From Methylobacteriaceae bacterium (GTDB lineage: Bacteria; Pseudomonadota; Alphaproteobacteria; Rhizobiales; Beijerinckiaceae), in assembly GCA_034669505.1 (NCBI GenBank), contig JAXDNJ010000031.1, forward strand, positions 6,421-70,420: a stretch of 64,000 nucleotides of DNA, in the 5' to 3' direction. This document shows, one piece after another, positions 1 through 9,957 of this stretch (within the stretch, counting starts at the first letter, position 1; each line of letters begins with the position of its first letter). The notes beneath the pieces were generated by a model. The model had not been told where the DNA came from. It was given only the letters and a program-made list of their open reading frames with translations, and searched no databases. Made by a program: the position numbers and the translations under genes.

Positions 1-1515
1 CCGCATCAGATCGCTGAAATCCTCAGGGCTGCCGGAACCAAAGTTCTCGTTGCACTCGGTCCGACGCCGGGAACCGACATCTGGGAGAAAGTTCTCAAGA
101 TTCGCAATGGACTGAGCGGGCTAGAGGCGATCCTTCAAGTGGGAGGATCATGCGACGAGGCCAACAATGTCTATTCATTCGACGCGATCGTCGGCAGGCA
201 GCCTGCCGATAGAGTCATGAGTGGCCGCGAGATCTCGCCAGACGATGTGGCAGCGTACTTCCACACGGGCGGCACGACGGGCACTCCGAAGCTCGTGAGG
301 CACACGCATGCCAACCAAGTTTATCAGGCATGGGGATGCAATTTGCTGCTCAAGGGTGAACCCGGCATTATCCTGCTGTTTGGGATGCCGCTGTTTCACG
401 TCGGGGGAGCGCTGACGCAGGCCTTGGCGACGCTCTCGGCCGGAAGCTGCCTTGTGGTGTTGTCGCCTAGCGGATGGCGCAATCCTGCAGCCATTAGAAA
501 TCTTTGGCCTCTGGTAGAGCGCTTCCGGCCCGTGGCCCTCACCAGCGTTCCCACCGTTCTGGCCGCTTCGCTCGCCGTGCCGGTGGGTACCGCCGATGTC
601 TCAAGTTTGCGTTTCATCGGTGGGGGTGGGTCCGCTATCCCCGTCGCCGTCGGCAATGCCTTGCAAGAGAAACACGGGGTTCCTGTCATCGAAGTCTATG
701 GCATGACCGAGACCTCCAGCGTCCATACCCTCGCTTATCCGGATCGGCCCATCCGGCTCGGCTCGGTTGGCCATCCTTTGCCTTACAGCCGCGTTCGCAT
801 TGTCCAGGTCGGCGCGGATGGTCGCCTAGAGCGGGATTGCGCCGTGAACGAGATCGGCATCGTCGCAATGTGGGGCCCGGGCGTGTTCAGCGGTTATCTG
901 AACGAGATGCACAATAAGAGTGCTTTCGTCCAACCTGGATGGGTTAATTCCGGCGACCTGGGCCGCCTGGACGAAGACGGATATCTCTGGATCACCGGTC
1001 GCGCCAAGGATCTCGTGATCCGCGGAGGCCACAACATTGACCCCGGCCCTATTGAAGACCTCCTGTTTCAGCACCCTGCCGTCAGCCTCGCGGCAGTCGT
1101 GGGTCAGCCCGATGCGTACGCGGGGGAACTGCCAATCGCGTATGTCCAACTGAGGCCCGACGCAACCATCGCCCCGGGTGAACTCGAGGCTTGGCTTCGC
1201 GAACGTACGCCGGAGCGCGCGGCAGTGCCGGTGGCGGTGATTCCGATGGCAACGATGCCCCTTACCGGCGTCGGAAAGGTATTCAAGCCACAGCTTAGAT
1301 GGAAGGCGGCAGAGCGCGTCTTCGCGCAGCTTCTGGAACCTCTGTCGCATTCAGGTGTCCGTTTCGAGGTGTCCATCGGCGCGCACGAGATCCACGGCAC
1401 TTTCGCAAAAATCGCTATCGCAGGCGCGTCCGAAAGCCACCGCGAAGCAATTGCTCAGCAAGTGCAGGCAGCATTAAGCCCGTTTGTGATCCGCCATGAA
1501 GTGAGCTGGGGTTGA
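1..1515 (+). CDS. Acyl-CoA synthetase / AMP-dependent ligase, 5' end cut by window edge
   Basis: Frame 1 is open from nt 1 to the stop at 1513-1515. It carries adenylate-forming superfamily motifs YFHTGGTTGTPK, YGMTET and GDLGRLDEDGYLWITGRAKD. Confidence 0.9.
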   Translation, partial: PHQIAEILRAAGTKVLVALGPTPGTDIWEKVLKIRNGLSGLEAILQVGGSCDEANNVYSFDAIVGRQPADRVMSGREISPDDVAAYFHTGGTTGTPKLVRHTHANQVYQAWGCNLLLKGEPGIILLFGMPLFHVGGALTQALATLSAGSCLVVLSPSGWRNPAAIRNLWPLVERFRPVALTSVPTVLAASLAVPVGTADVSSLRFIGGGGSAIPVAVGNALQEKHGVPVIEVYGMTETSSVHTLAYPDRPIRLGSVGHPLPYSRVRIVQVGADGRLERDCAVNEIGIVAMWGPGVFSGYLNEMHNKSAFVQPGWVNSGDLGRLDEDGYLWITGRAKDLVIRGGHNIDPGPIEDLLFQHPAVSLAAVVGQPDAYAGELPIAYVQLRPDATIAPGELEAWLRERTPERAAVPVAVIPMATMPLTGVGKVFKPQLRWKAAERVFAQLLEPLSHSGVRFEVSIGAHEIHGTFAKIAIAGASESHREAIAQQVQAALSPFVIRHEVSWG

Positions 1516-1637
1516 GTGTGTAAGGAAGAGGGGCCGGACGCGAATTTGTTTGGGCCTCAAAGCGCACCTTAGGTCAATGTTAGCTTTGCGTTACTCGCTC
1601 GCGATTCAATTAGGAGAAATTCGCTCGCGCTTGAGGT

Positions 1638-1997
1638 TCATCTCAGCCGGTCGTGCGCTGCGGCGTCGACCCAAGTTCGCCATATTTGCTGGTTTGCGGT
1701 TAAAGACCGACGGATCGCCTCTTCTGGGCTCCATCGGTACAGATAAACAGATTTGATTATTGCGGCAACAAGATCGCTGCTCAAATGAATGCGTCTTAGA
1801 AATTCGAGCTCCGGCCCTTCCGTTTCGGCAAAGCGAGCGTTGGCACCTATCGCGACCTCGCTGTTGGGGTAGGCGCTGGCCCGTGTTGGCGTTTGCTCAG
1901 CGAGCAACGCCTTCCAGATGAGGTGATCGAATAACATGCGGTTTGGTGCGGTGCATGAGTCCGTTGTTGGCGCTATGCGACCGTGCCGAAGGGGCAA
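1638..1997 (-). CDS. Hypothetical protein (ORF only)
   Basis: 119-aa ORF with no recognisable motif. It is co-oriented with and downstream of the DUF5681-like remnant. Confidence 0.2.
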   Translation of the reverse strand: MPLRHGRIAPTTDSCTAPNRMLFDHLIWKALLAEQTPTRASAYPNSEVAIGANARFAETEGPELEFLRRIHLSSDLVAAIIKSVYLYRWSPEEAIRRSLTANQQIWRTWVDAAAHDRLR

Positions 1998-2131
1998 TGG
2001 ATCTTTTTTCTTCTTCGGATTGAGGGCTCTGAAGTGAATGTCCGAACGCGCATTCTCGCGGCGTAAAGCAGACCTTCCGCTCTCGGCCAGTAATGGGCGT
2101 GTCGTGAATGGCCGTTCTGCGCCAATAAGCT

Positions 2132-2829
2132 TCAGCGTTTTGATCGTTCTCCGATCTTATCCGCGATCATCGCACGCAACTTTTCGAATTGCATGCGTTC
2201 ATCGTCGATCTGGCCGCGCTGCTCCTCAGATCGAGCACGCTTCTGTTGCATCGTCAGAGCGGCGATATCGCGATCGAGTTCATCGACTTGGTCCCAGAGG
2301 CGATCCCAAGAGACTTTCTCTTCCGGGGCCATAGGGCCTTTGATCACGATGGTGCCTGTTGCCATATCGACGCTGATGTCCCCGAACGCGGAATCGGGTT
2401 CGGAACCTCCAATCCGAGCGCTTTGCACCGCGCAATTTCGCCTTGCCAGTACTTTCTACAGTCAAGTGCCTTGCCGAAATATTCGCGGTAAAGCGTGTTG
2501 TTTGCAGTTTCGGTCGTCGTCAGCAGCTCGGCAAAGAGCCGCTGCGCCCGGTGCTGACCACGAGCTGCATTGACGGCCATGGCACGCACGACCGCCTGCG
2601 CGATCGGGATGCTGATGCGCTTTTCGCCCTCATTGATCGTGATCGTCCGGCAGGCTTCGTCGAGAATGATGCCTTCAGCCGTTCCTCGTTGAGCGCGGGC
2701 CGCTTGTTCCTGGCGCCTCTCGGCCGTGTTCTCCAGAGGCGCGCCCCTTAAATGTTGCAAAGCTTGACGCATACGGCGATTGCCGGCATCTTCAAAAATC
2801 TGCTTTCGATGTCCGTCAGACGGACACAT
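2132..2829 (-). pseudogene. DUF5681-like protein (plasmid/phage-associated family), frameshifted
   Basis: Minus-strand ORFs 2344-2940 and 2132-2428 join into one protein if a 1-nt frame change near 2385-2395 is allowed (ALGLEVPNPIP | DSAFGDISVDMATGTIVIKGP). The block ITINEGEKRISIPIAQAVVRAMAVNAARGQHRAQRLFAELL matches my memory of DUF5681. ATG 2829 was chosen because the longer ORF runs into the dioxygenase gene. Confidence 0.55.
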
Positions 2830-2933
2830 GTGATTGCCACCGGGCCCATCCAATAGATAGCAGTCGGGCTGGAGAGCGGTCGTAAGCGCTACCGCATCTC
2901 TTGCAATCGCAAATGTAGCGGGAAGGAACGAAC

Positions 2934-4277
2934 ATGTCATCGCATGTCGATCGGCTGGTTGACGTCAAACAAGGCTTCATCAGCCGCGAGCTATTCGTCG
3001 ACGAGGATCTCTACAAAGAAGAGCTCGACAAGGTGTTCACCAGAGCCTGGCTCTTTGTCGGCCACGAAAGCCTTGTTCCCAATCCCGGAGATTTCTACAC
3101 ATCGCGCATGGGGGAGGAGTCGGTCATCCTCTGTCGTGACAAGAAGGGCGAGCTGCACGTCTTCCTAAATTCCTGTCGCCATCGTGGCATGAAAGTTTGC
3201 CGCTACGAGTCCGGCAATACGTCCCTGTTCACTTGCCCCTATCACAGCTGGACGTATACGACGGACGGAAGGCTGCAAGGCGTTCCACTGTACAGGACCC
3301 TTTACGACGGCGTTCTCGATCGCGAGGCGAACTCGCTCGTCTCAGTGGCCAAAATGGTCAACTACAAGGGAACGATCTGGGCCTCGTGGGACAAGGACGC
3401 TCCTGATTTTCTGACCTATCTGGGTGACGCGAAGATTCATCTCGACCAGGCGCTTGATTGCCGCGATGGCCGCGAGGGGGGGTCGGAAGTCATTGGTGTA
3501 CATAAATGGGTTTTCCCCGCGAATTGGAAGTTCGCCGCAGAAAATTTCCTCGGCGACACCTATCATAATCCGAGCCATCGTTCCGTCGATCTCATCGGCA
3601 TCGGGCCAAGTGCCGCCGCGGGCAAGAAGGGCCGCCGTGACGGTGAATTGGACAACGCGCAGCACGTCTGGATCAGCTTTCCGGAAGGACATGGCGTCCA
3701 CAGCGCGATCATGCCGGAAGCCAACGAATATTCGGAATCGTTTCTCGATAATCCGATTCTCGAGGAATATTTCCGGCACTGCTTCGAAGAGCGGAAGCGG
3801 CGTCTCGGCGAGCAGTCGCGCCTGATCCCGCATGTCGGCACGATCTTTCCCAATACCTCATATCACGGCCGACAGCCGCGCGGCCTGTGCGCATGGCATC
3901 CGCATAGCCCGACTTCGTGCGAGGGGTGGCGCTTCTTCCTGGTCGACAAGGACGCACCGGCCGAAGCCAAGGCGTATCTACGGCGCTATTACATGCGCTA
4001 TTCTGGTCCGGCCGGCATGACCGAGCAAGACGACATGGAGAATTGGCTCTATGCAACGGCTGCGAGTACGGGCACGGTCGCGCGGCGCTATCCCTTCAAC
4101 TATCAGCAATCGATGAATGCATTCACCACTGATCACCAGCTCGGGGGTGAGGTGAGCACGCAGATCACGGAGCAGATTGCGCGTGGTTTTTACAAGAGGT
4201 GGGCTTCCTATATGCGCGGCGCCAAATGGGACGAGCTGCTCGGCCATGACCAGCTGCGCAAAGAAGCCGCAGAATGA
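2934..4277 (+). CDS. Aromatic ring-hydroxylating dioxygenase, large (alpha) Rieske subunit
   Basis: Rieske motif CRHRGMKVCRYESGNTSLFTCPYHSW (CxH-x17-CxxH). Mononuclear iron region NFLGDTYHNPSHRS. ATGA overlap with the next gene. Confidence 0.92.
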   Translation: MSSHVDRLVDVKQGFISRELFVDEDLYKEELDKVFTRAWLFVGHESLVPNPGDFYTSRMGEESVILCRDKKGELHVFLNSCRHRGMKVCRYESGNTSLFTCPYHSWTYTTDGRLQGVPLYRTLYDGVLDREANSLVSVAKMVNYKGTIWASWDKDAPDFLTYLGDAKIHLDQALDCRDGREGGSEVIGVHKWVFPANWKFAAENFLGDTYHNPSHRSVDLIGIGPSAAAGKKGRRDGELDNAQHVWISFPEGHGVHSAIMPEANEYSESFLDNPILEEYFRHCFEERKRRLGEQSRLIPHVGTIFPNTSYHGRQPRGLCAWHPHSPTSCEGWRFFLVDKDAPAEAKAYLRRYYMRYSGPAGMTEQDDMENWLYATAASTGTVARRYPFNYQQSMNAFTTDHQLGGEVSTQITEQIARGFYKRWASYMRGAKWDELLGHDQLRKEAAE

Positions 4278-5077
4278 CAACGAGCAAAGTTGTCATCGTT
4301 ACGGGTGGCACGTTCGGAATAGGGCGGGCAATTACGATGGGCCTCGCCGGGCGGGGACATGCGGTCGTCGCTTTCGGGCTGGAGGCGCCGCAAGTCTCGA
4401 GCACAGCGGCCGCGGCGATTCCATCCTTAAAGACAGGGCTTCGCGAGGCGGGGCTCGACGCCGAACTCCTGGAAGCCGACGTATCGAATGCTGCCGATGT
4501 GGCGCGTGTGGTCGAGCGGGCGCTGTCGCTTAATGGCCGGGTCGATGGCCTCGTGAACAATGCCGCGATCGGACCGCTTGGAACGGTGCTCGACACCGAT
4601 GAAGAGCTTTTCGATCGCGTTTTGGCAGTGAACCTCAGGGGCCCATATCTCTGCAGCCGCGCCGTCCTGCCGCACATGATCAAGGCCGGCGGCGGTTCGA
4701 TCGTGAATATCGGTTCCGGCGCCGGCTGGGGCAAAGGCAACATGGCGGCCTATAGCGCGAGCAAGGGCGGTTTGTTCGCGCTCAGCACCGCAATGGCTTA
4801 CGACTTTCTACACGACCGCATTCGCGTCAATACGGTCGTGCCGGGCGGCGGCGGCATCATCAGCGGCATGAGCGTGGGCCGGGTCGCCGGCGATATGAGC
4901 AGGTTCGGCCAAGGCGCCGCCGGCACCGCTGCCGGACGTGCGGCAACGGGAGACGATGTCGCAAACGCCGTCGCATTCCTGTTGTCGTCGGAAGCCGAGG
5001 CGATCTCCGGCACCGTCCTCGACGTCGGCTGCTTTGCCAATCAGGGTGGCCCGGTTCCGAAGAAGAGAGCCGGCTAG
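4274..5077 (+). CDS. SDR family oxidoreductase (possible dihydrodiol dehydrogenase)
   Basis: TGGTFGIGRA nucleotide-binding motif, NNAA, and catalytic YSASK. It sits between the alpha and beta dioxygenase genes. Confidence 0.9.
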   Translation: MTTSKVVIVTGGTFGIGRAITMGLAGRGHAVVAFGLEAPQVSSTAAAAIPSLKTGLREAGLDAELLEADVSNAADVARVVERALSLNGRVDGLVNNAAIGPLGTVLDTDEELFDRVLAVNLRGPYLCSRAVLPHMIKAGGGSIVNIGSGAGWGKGNMAAYSASKGGLFALSTAMAYDFLHDRIRVNTVVPGGGGIISGMSVGRVAGDMSRFGQGAAGTAAGRAATGDDVANAVAFLLSSEAEAISGTVLDVGCFANQGGPVPKKRAG

Positions 5078-5082
5078 CGGCA

Positions 5083-5685
5083 ATGGAGGATCTCATGAGC
5101 GTGGACACATTGGAGAGGACAGGTGCCCCAACCGCGCCGCCGCCCATAAAACGCGGTGAGGACTATTATCATCTGCTGCTCGACATCCAGGACTTCCTCT
5201 ACATGGAAGCCGACCTCCTGGATTTGCGCCGCTTCAAGGAATGGCTCGACCTATTAACCGAGGACATCACCTACTTCATGCCCATGCGCCGAAATGTGAA
5301 ATTTGGTCAGCATGCGGCACGGGAGAACACGTCGCAGGGGTTTGGGATCAGCTGGTTCGACGAGGACAAGTGGACGCTGACAAAACGCGTCGAGCAAATC
5401 CTGACCGGCGTACACTATGCCGAAGAGCCGCTTTCGCGTATCTGTCACATGGTCAGCAACGTGCAGCTCTTAGCAGTGCGCCCCGAGGTCAAGAACCCGG
5501 CCGAAGTCGACGTCAAGTCGAGGTTCCTTGTTTATCAGAACCGCATCCAATACGAGACGTACACCTTTGTTGGAAAACGGACCGACACCTTGCGTAAGAC
5601 CGATGCGGGCTGGAAAATTGCAAAGCGGGAGATCATCCTCGACCAAAATGTCCTTCTTGCGAAGAATTTGACCGCTTTCTTTTGA
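5083..5685 (+). CDS. Aromatic ring-hydroxylating dioxygenase, small (beta) subunit
   Basis: About 200 aa. The SnoaL-like small-subunit pattern is DYYHLLLDIQDFLYMEADLLDLRRFKEWLDLLTEDITYFMP. The position in the operon fits. Confidence 0.85.
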   Translation: MEDLMSVDTLERTGAPTAPPPIKRGEDYYHLLLDIQDFLYMEADLLDLRRFKEWLDLLTEDITYFMPMRRNVKFGQHAARENTSQGFGISWFDEDKWTLTKRVEQILTGVHYAEEPLSRICHMVSNVQLLAVRPEVKNPAEVDVKSRFLVYQNRIQYETYTFVGKRTDTLRKTDAGWKIAKREIILDQNVLLAKNLTAFF

Positions 5686-5702
5686 GCGCAAAGGGAGCGC
5701 GC

Positions 5703-5906
5703 ATGATCAACGTTCTCGATCTTCGACCCGGCGACAAGTTGCAGCTGCAGGATGGTGGCGTTGCCGAGGTGGTGGAAAACATGGAAGACGGGATGTGGGT
5801 GCAGGTGCGATATCTTGGCTCCTCCAGACAGAAGGACGAGAGCGACGACGCGGTGGAGCTCTGTCATGCGCAGGACATCGTAAAAATTCTGCCCCCTTCA
5901 GCGTGA
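5703..5906 (+). CDS. Small hypothetical protein (67 aa)
   Basis: ATG 5703 is preceded by AAGGGAG. It follows the beta subunit directly. No known motif. Confidence 0.45.
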   Translation: MINVLDLRPGDKLQLQDGGVAEVVENMEDGMWVQVRYLGSSRQKDESDDAVELCHAQDIVKILPPSA

Positions 5907-5935
5907 TGATCTTAAAGCTACCGGTGAGGGAATGC

Positions 5936-6334
5936 ATGCTGCGGTTTGACTACATGCATAGCGATTTTCATCCGATCTTCCTGTTTTTGGGGGAGGCAGA
6001 AGATCTCTTGCAGCTGGCAAGGCTGTTGCGGGGGTTCGCCAGGGACCCGAAAGAAATCCCCTGCGAAACGCCGTTTGCGGAGTCGCCCAAGCGGGTGCGC
6101 TTAGCGCTCGCTCCGTCGGAAGACATTTACGGGATGCGAGAGGTCGCGGATGGAGCTTTCAAATGGCAGCTGAACGCCTGGCAAGCGGAGCGTATTGCCG
6201 AGCGCATCGATGCGCTCGCAAAGCCTGAAAATAAATCCGGGTCCGAGATTATCGAGTTAGGATCCGAAGGCGAAGTCCCGGTGAAGGTGTCACGAGGCGA
6301 ATTCACCGACGATTTCCTAATTAAGGTCAGGTAG
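5936..6334 (+). CDS. Hypothetical protein (132 aa)
   Basis: ATG 5936 is preceded by GAGGGA. It is the last gene of the dioxygenase operon. No known motif. Confidence 0.45.
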   Translation: MLRFDYMHSDFHPIFLFLGEAEDLLQLARLLRGFARDPKEIPCETPFAESPKRVRLALAPSEDIYGMREVADGAFKWQLNAWQAERIAERIDALAKPENKSGSEIIELGSEGEVPVKVSRGEFTDDFLIKVR

Positions 6335-6340
6335 GTCGAC

Positions 6341-7210
6341 CTATCTGGCTGGATTGCCACGCGCAGCACGATTTTGGCGCCGGGCGGCAGGCATAGCGAC
6401 CTGCTTTTCGCCTGCCTCCGGAATCAGAGGACCGCGCGACCCCAGGAGCGTCGATACTCTGCGTCCCGCTTCGACAACAAGCCGGGCGAATTGCGACACT
6501 TGATCATCGTTCAATCGGGCGTCGGGTCCGTAAAGCCCGATAGATCCGGCGACAAAGCCTTGGTGGTCGAAGAACGGGGCGGCGACAGCGACAGCCCCAG
6601 CAAAGATTTCGCCCTGGCTCACAGCGTATCCATTACGCCGGGCCGTAATGAGGGCCTTTTTCAATTGGTCGCGCTGGCTGTTACCGCGCACCCCCGCCAG
6701 AGATGCGGCTCTGAGGTCTCCCTCGACGAAGGCCAGAATGGCCTTGCCCGTCGCGCCCTGAGTGATTGCCACGGCGTGTCCAACACCGCGCGAAATCGAA
6801 AGCACATGTTGACTCTTGCACTCAAGAACGCAGACGACGCGATCGTCTTGCAGCGTGAACAGGGCAGCGGTCTCACCAGTGCGGTCGCGCAACTTTTCGA
6901 GGATTGGGCGCGCGGCCTCGATGACGTCGACGCCCTTCAGCCACACGTGCGAAAGCTGCATGACGCCATGCGCAAGCCTGAAGCGCTGCGGATCGCCAAT
7001 GGCACCGACGAGCCCGCGCGAGGCCAGCGTGTGCAGCAACCGGTACAATGTCGGACGGCTAAGACCAACACGCCGCTGCAATTCGACGACGCTCATCGTC
7101 GGCTGCTCGGGCGTGAACGATTGCAGGATCGTAATGGCGCGCTCGACGGCACGCACGCTCGACATGGCTGGGCGGGCCTCCTGGCTGTTCTCTTTCATTC
7201 TCTTTGCCAT
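6341..7210 (-). CDS. IclR family transcriptional regulator
   Basis: N-terminal winged HTH SVRAVERAITILQSFTPEQPTMSVVELQRRVGLSRPTLYRLLHTLASRGLV followed by an IclR effector domain. The start is uncertain among several in-frame Met codons (7165-7294). Confidence 0.9.
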   Translation of the reverse strand: MAKRMKENSQEARPAMSSVRAVERAITILQSFTPEQPTMSVVELQRRVGLSRPTLYRLLHTLASRGLVGAIGDPQRFRLAHGVMQLSHVWLKGVDVIEAARPILEKLRDRTGETAALFTLQDDRVVCVLECKSQHVLSISRGVGHAVAITQGATGKAILAFVEGDLRAASLAGVRGNSQRDQLKKALITARRNGYAVSQGEIFAGAVAVAAPFFDHQGFVAGSIGLYGPDARLNDDQVSQFARLVVEAGRRVSTLLGSRGPLIPEAGEKQVAMPAARRQNRAARGNPAR

Positions 7211-7317
7211 CCATCTCCCATCCAAATGACTAACGCTGCTCGGCTTGACGAGGTCAGGTAAGCACATGTTATATAGCGTGAAAAAGATGTCCATAGCGTG
7301 GACAAGGGAGGATCATA

Positions 7318-8601
7318 GTGCGGGATCGACGACGGACCAGCGGCAAGGGTCTCACCAAACGCAAGGCCCGGCGCGCGTCAATCGCTCTGACCCTCCTTGC
7401 GTTGTGCTGCGTCGTGCCATTCGCGGCGACGGCACAGATCAGCGACGGCGTGGTTCGCATTGGCGTCCTGGGTGACTACGGTAGCGGTCGCGACCTTGGC
7501 GGTCCCGGCTCCGTCACCGCCGCCAAGCTCGCAGCCGAGGATTTCAGCGGCAAGGTCCTCGGCAAGCCGATCAATATCCTGGGAGCCGATCATCAGAACA
7601 AGCCTGACATTGCGTCCGCCATCGCGCGCAAATGGTTCGACGTCGAGCATGTCGATGCAATTACCGATCTGGCGGTGAGTTCCGTCGGACTCGCAGTGGA
7701 GCGCCTAGCCGCGCAGATGTCGCGCACGGTGCTGATTTCCGGCGCCGCGACCTCCGAAATCACTGGTCAGCATTGTGCACCGGTGGCTACCCACTGGTCG
7801 GACGATACTTACGTACTGTCGGCCGGCCTCGGCCGCGCACTCACCGAGCGCGTTGGCAAGAAGTGGTTTTTCATGACGGTCGACCAGGCGTTCGGCACGG
7901 CGATGTATGCCGACGGCAAGGCGGCGGTGGAGAAATCAGGAGGCGAGGTCGTTGGCCGCGTCAGCTTCCCCTTCAATCCGCCAGATTTCGCCTCCTACTT
8001 CATTCCCGCGCAAAATTCCGGGGCAAACATCGTCGCGATCGCCAGCACGGGAAATGATTTGATTGTCGCCGTGAAGCAGGCGCACGAATTCGGCATGCCT
8101 GCTGCCGGTTTTACTCTGGTTGGCATGCTGACATTCATTTCCGACGTACACACGCTTGGCTTGGAGATAGCGCAAGGGCTTTATGTTGCATCGGAATATT
8201 ACTGGGACGCTGACGAGGGCTCACGGGCCTTCGCCAAGCGGTTTTTCGAGTTAGAGAAGAAGCAGCCGACCAAACTACAGGCTTCAACATACGCGGCAGT
8301 CCGCCACTACCTCAGGGCGATCGAAGCAGCCGGCACAGATGAGGCGCTTGCGGTCAACAAAGCAATGCGAGAATTGCCGGTCGAGTTCTTCGGCCGTTCT
8401 GCCCGCATTCGCACGGACGGGCGGGTGATTTACGACCTCGCACTTTACCAGGTGAAGACACCGGCTGAGAGCCGTTATCCCTGGGATTATTATAAGAAGA
8501 TTGCGGACATGCCTGGCGAGACGACGTTCCGCAGCGAAACGGCAGGCGGCTGTCCGTTGGTTGCGGGTGCGGGCACGCGCGCTCCAGAGGGCCAGCGCTA
8601 G
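7318..8601 (+). CDS. ABC transporter substrate-binding protein, Leu/Ile/Val-binding (type I PBP) family
   Basis: Signal peptide ending in AATAQ. The block GADHQNKPDIASAIARKWFDVEHVDAI is shared with the paralogs at 21136 and 62180. Confidence 0.9.
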   Translation: MRDRRRTSGKGLTKRKARRASIALTLLALCCVVPFAATAQISDGVVRIGVLGDYGSGRDLGGPGSVTAAKLAAEDFSGKVLGKPINILGADHQNKPDIASAIARKWFDVEHVDAITDLAVSSVGLAVERLAAQMSRTVLISGAATSEITGQHCAPVATHWSDDTYVLSAGLGRALTERVGKKWFFMTVDQAFGTAMYADGKAAVEKSGGEVVGRVSFPFNPPDFASYFIPAQNSGANIVAIASTGNDLIVAVKQAHEFGMPAAGFTLVGMLTFISDVHTLGLEIAQGLYVASEYYWDADEGSRAFAKRFFELEKKQPTKLQASTYAAVRHYLRAIEAAGTDEALAVNKAMRELPVEFFGRSARIRTDGRVIYDLALYQVKTPAESRYPWDYYKKIADMPGETTFRSETAGGCPLVAGAGTRAPEGQR

Positions 8602-8603
8602 AT

Positions 8604-8770
8604 ACCCGTGCGATGCGGCATCAGGGCCCAAAGCAAACCTCGAGCGGCGGCAAGGAGCGTCTCGGCGGGATCTCGCGAGCCGGCAACAGCTACCTTCGGC
8701 AGATGCTGGTAGTTGACGCCATGGCGGCCATTCGCCACGCCGAGCGGCATGGCACCAAGCGAGGCTGCCC
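8604..8770 (+). pseudogene. IS110-family transposase, C-terminal remnant only
   Basis: GGKERLGGISRAGNSYLRQMLVVDAMAAIRHAERHGTKR resembles the conserved C-terminal block of IS110 (DEDD) transposases. There is no N-terminal catalytic part, and similarity decays after about 8765. Confidence 0.5.
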
Positions 8771-8819
8771 GGACCTTCCCCCATCTGTGCAGGAGGAGGG
8801 GCCCCGGGGACAAGACAAT

Positions 8820-9359
8820 TCAGCGAGCCGTTTTTGGGTCTGCGGCCCTGACCTTCACAGTCTCAGCGCCGCTGCTTGCTGTAGCTGCCTTCGGAATGCT
8901 GGAAGTCGCCGAGGCGCTGTGAACCAGCTCCGATTGCTGTGCCGCAAGCATGGCATCAATTTCTGCCGGGGGCACCGGTTTCGAGAACAGGTATCCTTCC
9001 AGATAATGGCAACCCGCCAAGCGCAGAAATTGTTGCTGTTCACTGGTCTCAACGCCTTCCGCCGTGACCTTGAGGCCGATTGCGCGCCAGTGCGATGACA
9101 GCATGAACGATCGCACTCCACGGTCATCACGTGATCGATGAATGACTTGTCGACTTTCAAAGGGCATTCGGCGCAAATAAGATAGGCCGGAATAACCGCT
9201 GCCAAAATCGTCGAGTGCCAAGCCGATTCCAAAACTGCGCAAGTGGCGCAGCCGCGCCTCGGCGCAGATAGCAACGAGCGCGGCTTCCTCAGCATCATGT
9301 AAGGCCCGATGCTCGTCTTCCTCTAACACGCCTCGAATTAGAAGTGGTCGAGAACGCAT
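8820..9359 (-). pseudogene. EAL-domain (c-di-GMP phosphodiesterase) fragment, truncated and frameshifted
   Basis: LALDDFGSGYSGLSYLRRMP is in the main frame. The expected next block appears in another frame (PLKVDKSFIDHV, ORF 8855-9298). The sequence then returns to the main frame with GLKVTAEGVETSEQQQFLRLAGCHYLEGYLFSKPVP. The N-terminal part of the domain and any sensor domain are absent. Confidence 0.7.
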
Positions 9360-9704
9360 TTTCGAAGACCCGAGAGGCAGCGCTTATGCATGCCAATCGC
9401 CAGAGGAAAGCCGCCTTAAGGGCGAATACCTCACGCGTATGCATGATCTGACGGGCGGGCTGGAACCGGGGCACGTCGAGGCGCTTCTAGCATCATTGCG
9501 CGAGAATACTGTCATTTGGGACGGCAGCGCCGATGCGTAAAGCAGCGATTTGGGGTGCTCGCCTGTCCTTTGAACAGCGTCCTAAGCCGCTCTAGACTAC
9601 CAAATAACCGTCAGCTCGCCCGGCAGGGTTTTCGTTGCCAAGTTTCCTTGAGCCTGCCAGGGTTGCCTGTCCCTTCACACAGGGGGAATTTTGGGAGGCC
9701 CGAG

Positions 9705-9905
9705 ATGGCTAGACTGTTTGTTGATTGCCGTGATTACCCGAGCGAGAAGAACTGCACGGTCGCGATTTCTGCAGATAGCAAGGAGGAACTTGTAGACGCG
9801 GCAGCGCAACACGCCGTCGCAGTGCATGGTCATCACGATAGCCCAGAATTGCGCCAGGAGTTGGCCAAGATGATCAAGCCTGTCACTGGCAATGCGCAGC
9901 CGTGA
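9705..9905 (+). CDS. DUF1059-like small metal-binding protein
   Basis: MARLFVDCRDYPSEKNCTVAISADSKEELVDAAAQHAVAVHGHHDSPELRQ fits the DUF1059 pattern. GGGAGG lies upstream of ATG 9705. Confidence 0.7.
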   Translation: MARLFVDCRDYPSEKNCTVAISADSKEELVDAAAQHAVAVHGHHDSPELRQELAKMIKPVTGNAQP

Positions 9906-9957
9906 GATCCGCAAAAGCCCTTTCGGGGGCATCCTCACAAAATAGGAGGTAAGGCCG

